Source: a virus
Strand: one strand, 5' to 3'
Length of the DNA: 51,809 bases
IMG/VR virus record: IMGVR_UViG_3300044445_000085
Span: 1-51,809 of that record
A program made the position numbers and the translations under genes. Below, piece by piece: positions 47,891 to 51,809 of the stretch (position 1 is its first letter; each line of letters begins with the position of its first letter). The notes below the pieces were generated by a model, which ran no database searches, was not told the DNA's origin, and saw only the letters and a list, made by a program, of their open reading frames with translations.

Positions 47891-48398
47891 GGGAGGTCTC
47901 CTGGGTGGGGGCGGTGAGCACGCGGTGCACGGCGTCGAGCACCTCGGGGGCGGGGGTCCAGAGGCCGAGCTGGCCGCGGGCGGTGACGGGGAAGGCGAGG
48001 GGGCGGACGTCCTCGAGCACCAGGTGGTGCACGGTGGTGACGGCCTTGCCGCCGGCCTCGGCGTAGGACTGCTCGCCCCAGGGGGCGCAGCAGCCGGAGG
48101 CGGGGTGGGAGTCGACCAGCTCGGCGACGGCGATGACGCGGCCGCGGTAGAAGGCGGGGCCCTCCTCGCGGACGTAGGGGCCGGTGTGGTCCTCCGGGTA
48201 GGTGAGGCCCCAGGCGACGCCGAACGCCGCGCCGAGGCGGGCGTCGGAGGCGCCGCGGGTGGACCAGCCGACGCCGGCGTGGATGAGCAGGGGGCCGCGG
48301 TGGCGGGTGCCGCGGCTCCGGTTCTCGACCAGCTTCCCGCCCTCGGCGATCGCCCACGCCCAGGGCTGGCGGACGGTGATCGCCCGGGTGGTGGTCAC
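47883..48398 (-). CDS. ASCH domain protein
   Basis: The GTG start overlaps the upstream stop (GTGA). In the 171-aa product, AITVRQPWAWAIAEGGKLVENRS matches the ASCH N-terminal signature. Confidence 0.6.
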   Translation of the reverse strand: MTTTRAITVRQPWAWAIAEGGKLVENRSRGTRHRGPLLIHAGVGWSTRGASDARLGAAFGVAWGLTYPEDHTGPYVREEGPAFYRGRVIAVAELVDSHPASGCCAPWGEQSYAEAGGKAVTTVHHLVLEDVRPLAFPVTARGQLGLWTPAPEVLDAVHRVLTAPTQETSRA

Positions 48399-49318
48399 CG
48401 GCTCGAGCCCGGCAGGTTGCGGAGCTGCTCGAGGCCGGCCTGGGAGGTGGCCGACACCTCGTCGAGGGGGACGACGGTGCCGACGTCGTCGCGGGCGAAC
48501 TGGTCGTCGAGCTGCCAGGGGCCGTCCCACCAGCCGGCGCCGCGGACGTAGATCCACGCGCGCACCTCGGAGCGCGCCTCGACGACGTCGGTGGCCTTGG
48601 ACTCGGTGGCCGCCTCGGGCGCCCAGTGCGCGCCGTCCCACACCAGGCAGCCGTCGTCGGCCCGCACGGGGGCGGGGGAGCAGGAGGACCCGGCCGGGTG
48701 CCGGCGCTCCCAGGCGTCGATGACGTCGACCTGGTTGCGGTTGAGGTACTCGGTGGCCGCGACCTGGGCGCGGGCGGCGGCGAGCTGGCCGCGGAGGTTC
48801 TCGCGCTCGCCGACCCACGCGGCCTTCTCGTTGAGGGCGCAGTCGCGCTCTTCCTCGGCCGCGGTGGCCCGCGCGGTGCTGGCGTCGGCGCGGGCGTTCG
48901 CGGCCTGGAGGGCCTGCTCGAGCTGGTCGATCCGGTCGTGCAGATCCATCTCGGTGGTCAGCGACACGGCCGCGGCCGGGGGCTCGGCGTCCCACCCGGG
49001 CCACCAGCCGCGGGGGGTCAGCCAGCGCACGGACAGGCCGGGGTTCTGCTCCTGGATGCGGGCGACGAACCGTTCGCCCTCCTCGGCCTTCCGGACGGCG
49101 TCGGAGACGTAGAGCGGGGTGCCCTCGGCGACGCGGGCTTCCCACTGGCGGCCGTTGCGGCGGGCCTCGCGGTAGGTGACCAGGGCGTAGCCGATGACCG
49201 TGGGCTCGGACCGGCCAGCGGTGACGTCGGGGTGGGAGGCGCGCAGCAGCGCGGACGTGCTGGCGACGTCGTCGAGGTTGACGCCGGCGAGGAACAGGGT
49301 GGCCATGGTGTCGGGCAT
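48395..49318 (-). CDS. Hypothetical protein with central coiled coil
   Basis: The start is ATG at 49316-49318 and the product is 307 aa. A central helical segment reads DRIDQLEQALQAANARADAS...NLRGQLAAARAQVAA. Confidence 0.55.
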   Translation of the reverse strand: MPDTMATLFLAGVNLDDVASTSALLRASHPDVTAGRSEPTVIGYALVTYREARRNGRQWEARVAEGTPLYVSDAVRKAEEGERFVARIQEQNPGLSVRWLTPRGWWPGWDAEPPAAAVSLTTEMDLHDRIDQLEQALQAANARADASTARATAAEEERDCALNEKAAWVGERENLRGQLAAARAQVAATEYLNRNQVDVIDAWERRHPAGSSCSPAPVRADDGCLVWDGAHWAPEAATESKATDVVEARSEVRAWIYVRGAGWWDGPWQLDDQFARDDVGTVVPLDEVSATSQAGLEQLRNLPGSSR

Positions 49319-49328
49319 GGTGGGTCTC

Positions 49329-49583
49329 CTACTCGGGGGTGGTGGGGGTGTGCTTGCGGACGGTGTCGAGGGCGCCGAGCAGCCGGCCGGTGAGCACGGT
49401 GGCGTCCTGGGGTTGCAGCAGCAGGCCGCGGGTCTCGGTGTCGTTGCCGTGGTTGAGGTGGCCGGTGACCTGGAGCAGCACGGCCAGCTCGTTGGCCATG
49501 CCGTCGGGGTTGAGGGAGACGGCGTGGATCGCGTGCACCTCGAACGAGTCGACGACGAACACGCCGTCGGTGGGCAGGGTCAT
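49329..49583 (-). CDS. Hypothetical protein
   Basis: The ATG overlaps the upstream stop (ATGA). The product is 84 aa and ends at a TAG stop. Confidence 0.55.
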   Translation of the reverse strand: MTLPTDGVFVVDSFEVHAIHAVSLNPDGMANELAVLLQVTGHLNHGNDTETRGLLLQPQDATVLTGRLLGALDTVRKHTPTTPE

Positions 49584-50218
49584 CGGGGTGCGTCGAGCAG
49601 CTCGCGGGCGGTCTGCAGCTTGAGCCAGCGGGCGACGTCGCCGCCGTGGTCGGGGTGGCACCGGGCGGCCGCCTTCCGGTGCAGGGCTCGGCGGAGGTCG
49701 GCGTTGCCGAGCACCTCAAGCTGGTCGACGTCGGCGACGCCGGAGGCGCTCACCAGCACGACGGCGGCCTCGTCGAGGGTCATGGCCGGGGCTGGTGCAC
49801 CGCCGGCGCCGATCGCGCGGTAGCCGGCGTACTGGGCGCCCTGCTGGACGCCGTACCGGTCGACCATGCGGAGCGCCTCGAGCGTGCGGGCGATCGCGCG
49901 GACGTTGGAGTGCCAGCCGACGTCGCCGGGCCCGCCGAACTCTCCGGTGGCGAGGGCGAGGGCGCCGTGGCGGGTCTGGGCGCGGAGCCGGACGGCGGGG
50001 GTGCTCGGCCGGGCGCCGGCGCGGAGCTGGCCGTCGATGCGGATCCGGTCGTCGGGGACGTCCAGCTCAAGGACGACCGCGGTGGCGCGGAGCGCGGTGA
50101 GCTCGCGGCGGAGGTCGTCGAGGGTGCGGCGCCACGGTGCGGCGAACGGGGTGGGGCGGCCCTTGCCGGCGAGCGCGGCCGCGTCGGGCAGCGGCCGCAC
50201 GGTGTAGAGGGCGCTCAC
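49580..50218 (-). CDS. J-domain (DnaJ-like) protein
   Basis: The 212-aa product has a C-terminal LRRALHRKAAARCHPDHGGD...LKLQTARELL with the HPD tripeptide. The N-terminal ~140 aa is uncharacterised. Confidence 0.7.
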   Translation of the reverse strand: MSALYTVRPLPDAAALAGKGRPTPFAAPWRRTLDDLRRELTALRATAVVLELDVPDDRIRIDGQLRAGARPSTPAVRLRAQTRHGALALATGEFGGPGDVGWHSNVRAIARTLEALRMVDRYGVQQGAQYAGYRAIGAGGAPAPAMTLDEAAVVLVSASGVADVDQLEVLGNADLRRALHRKAAARCHPDHGGDVARWLKLQTARELLDAPR

Positions 50219-50316
50219 CGGGTGCGCCGGGAGAGGGTCCAGAGGTCCGCCGAGGCGGCCAGCGGGTAGCGGCGCCGGAAGTACCGGAAGCGGCGCCAGG
50301 TGGTCAGGAAGCGCAT
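50215..50316 (-). CDS. Small basic protein (33 aa), below the ORF-track cutoff
   Basis: The ATG follows TGAGGAGACCCCC, and the stop overlaps the J-domain gene start (GTGA). It reads MRFLTTWRRFRYFRRRYPLAASADLWTLSRRTR, with every third position G or C. Confidence 0.55.
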   Translation of the reverse strand: MRFLTTWRRFRYFRRRYPLAASADLWTLSRRTR

Positions 50317-50326
50317 GGGGGTCTCC

Positions 50327-50875
50327 TCAGCGGATCAAGTCGCGGGACGGCCAGAGGCAGCCGTCGATCGCGGTGGCGTGGCGGGGTGGGACGGCGGCCA
50401 GCGGGGCGCCGAGCCAGTGCTGGCCCATGGCGGTCAGCACGACGGCGTCGGCCTCGTTGTCGTTGTGGATCACGGCCTGGGTGTAGGTCCGCATGGCGGC
50501 GGCCATGACGGTGACCTTGTTCGCGCCGCCCTTGCCGGTGGCGTACTGGGCGCGGTTCGCCGGCGGAACCAGGGCGATGGGGTGGCCGAGGTCCCGGATG
50601 CCCATGACGGTGGCCCACCAGACGCCGGCGCGGTCCCAGGCGCCGGGCAGGTTGGCCGCGTAGGCCGGGGCCTCGATCACGACTAGGTCGACGTCGAAGG
50701 GGACGGAGCTGGCCACCAGGCTCAGGACGCGGCGCATGCGCTGCTCGCGCACCGGGTAGCCGTCGCCCTTCTTCCCGGTGGTCTCGATGGTCTCGGTGAC
50801 GATCGGGCCGGCGCCGCGGGAGACGGCGACGCCGGTGGCGGCGAGGGACAGGTCGAGGCCCAGGACGACGCTCAC
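50327..50875 (-). CDS. RuvC-like Holliday junction resolvase
   Basis: The 182-aa product has VLGLDLSLAATG (catalytic Asp), LVVIEAP (Glu) and HNDNEADAVVL (His/Asp), matching RuvC-fold motifs. Confidence 0.8.
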   Translation of the reverse strand: MSVVLGLDLSLAATGVAVSRGAGPIVTETIETTGKKGDGYPVREQRMRRVLSLVASSVPFDVDLVVIEAPAYAANLPGAWDRAGVWWATVMGIRDLGHPIALVPPANRAQYATGKGGANKVTVMAAAMRTYTQAVIHNDNEADAVVLTAMGQHWLGAPLAAVPPRHATAIDGCLWPSRDLIR

Positions 50876-51354
50876 AGGTCGGGCACCTCCTCCGGGTTGT
50901 CGAGACCTGCCCGGTCATGGATCACCTGGTCGCCGAACCCGCGGCCGCGGGCGTCGAAGTTGCGGGTGAGGCGGGCGACTGTGGTGCGGGCGTCGAGCGC
51001 GATGCCCTCAAACCCGGCGGCGAGGCCGGCCAGGGTGGCGGCCAGCTGGGCGTTGAGCGTGTCGAAGTCGGCACGGAAGCGGGCCCGCTTCTGCTCGCGG
51101 TCGCGGACGGCGTCGAGCACCACCCACACCTCGGGGCGGTCCCAGCGTGCGGTGCGGGCTCGCCAGTAGGCGTTGCGGCGGGCCCGGATGATGCGGGCCA
51201 GGGCGACGCCGAGCAGCACGGCGCCGAGCACGGCGGGCACCAGCTCGGGGCGGCCGCGGAGCAGGACGGCGAGGGTGCCGCCGGTGGCCACCGCCGTGCC
51301 CGGGTGTCCGAGCACGGCGGTGACGCGGGCCGCCCTGGTGCGGCTACTGGCCAC
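50872..51354 (-). CDS. Membrane protein
   Basis: The start is GTG, with an 11-nt overlap on the upstream gene. The 160-aa product has helices TAVATGGTLAVLL and LVPAVLGAVLLGVALARII. The exact start is uncertain. Confidence 0.5.
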   Translation of the reverse strand: MASSRTRAARVTAVLGHPGTAVATGGTLAVLLRGRPELVPAVLGAVLLGVALARIIRARRNAYWRARTARWDRPEVWVVLDAVRDREQKRARFRADFDTLNAQLAATLAGLAAGFEGIALDARTTVARLTRNFDARGRGFGDQVIHDRAGLDNPEEVPDL

Positions 51355-51809
51355 CGGCGGCGAACGGGGACCGGAAGGCGGTGACGGTGCCGCCGGGCTT
51401 CTCGTCGACGCCGTCGTCGCCGGCGGGGCCCTCGGGGTAGCCCTCCTCCCACGGCGGCTGCTCGGCGTCGTCGTCGGTGGTGGGGCTCGAGCCCTGGTCG
51501 CCGGCGACGTCGCCGGCGTCGGGCAGGTCGGGCCGCTCGTCGATCGTCACCCGGGTGTCGTCCTGGGTGAGGTCGAAGGGCAGGGCCACCTTGCCGGTGC
51601 GCTCCTCGTGGGCGGCCCGCAGCAGCCCGGAGGCGACGGCGATCGCCTCGGCGCCGAGGAGGGGCTCGATCGCCTGGAGCCGGACCAGGGGCACCTCGGA
51701 GTCGTCGTCGGTGTTCCGGGTCAGCTGCTTGCAGTCGACGATCGCGACGACGACGTGCGCGGCCTTGGGGTCGTCGATGAACTGGGACACGATGCGCACC
51801 AGCCCGTTC
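51344..51809 (-). CDS. Hypothetical protein, 3' body of the junction-spanning gene (5' end continues at 128..174 through the repeat)
   Basis: The frame is open to the window edge. It reads ...VRIVSQFIDDPKAAHVVVAIVDCKQLTRNTDDDSEVPLVRLQAIEPLLG..., has an acidic C-terminus and ends at a TAG stop (51344-51346). Confidence 0.7.
   Translation of the reverse strand, partial: NGLVRIVSQFIDDPKAAHVVVAIVDCKQLTRNTDDDSEVPLVRLQAIEPLLGAEAIAVASGLLRAAHEERTGKVALPFDLTQDDTRVTIDERPDLPDAGDVAGDQGSSPTTDDDAEQPPWEEGYPEGPAGDDGVDEKPGGTVTAFRSPFAAGGQ
51683..51809. repeat. Terminal direct repeat, copy 2 (identical to 1..127)
   Basis: Base-for-base identical to positions 1-127. Confidence 0.95.

Noticed and set aside
1-51809. 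tRNA/tmRNA genes, integrase/attP, and an immunity repressor
   Set aside because: No intergenic segment has the length and composition of a tRNA. No tyrosine or serine recombinase motifs or divergent repressor/Cro-like gene pair were seen. Without tRNAscan or HMM searches this is absence of evidence only.

Overview
The window looks like a complete, very GC-rich actinobacteriophage genome with siphovirus-type structural genes. Its first 127 nt are identical to its last 127 nt, so the contig closes on itself and the unique length is 51,682 bp. I call about 85 coding regions, all on the minus strand. Most are translationally coupled through ATGA or GTGA start/stop overlaps and preceded by GGAGGAG-type ribosome-binding sites. 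The long plus-strand ORFs in the track are Arg/Gly/Pro/Ala-rich antisense shadows.

Reading the minus strand from high to low coordinates, the modules are:
- RuvC-like resolvase, J-domain protein, ASCH protein and a ParB-domain methyltransferase
- small terminase, six small genes, then large terminase
- about 11.5 kb of small genes holding two more DNA methyltransferases
- collagen-like protein, portal, and a 1177-aa MuF/protease fusion
- a promoter-bearing lipoprotein insert
- capsid, connector and tail genes, with an M15 endolysin embedded among the tail genes
- an HTH, wHTH, RecA-like (Sak4-type), Cas4-like exonuclease and HNH block

I saw no tRNA, CRISPR array, integrase, repressor, polymerase, primase or helicase.

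The points most worth a second look are:
- a cytosine-5 methyltransferase whose coding signal switches frame twice, returning at a G_GGC_CCG heptamer
- a phased 21-22 bp iteron array next to the wHTH gene
- two families of conserved promoter-associated motifs
- a dense CTTCCGG cluster upstream of the small terminase gene
- an in-frame TAG that splits a coding-like ORF
- membrane proteins inside the head-tail module

All functional calls come from motif recognition by eye. No database search was run.
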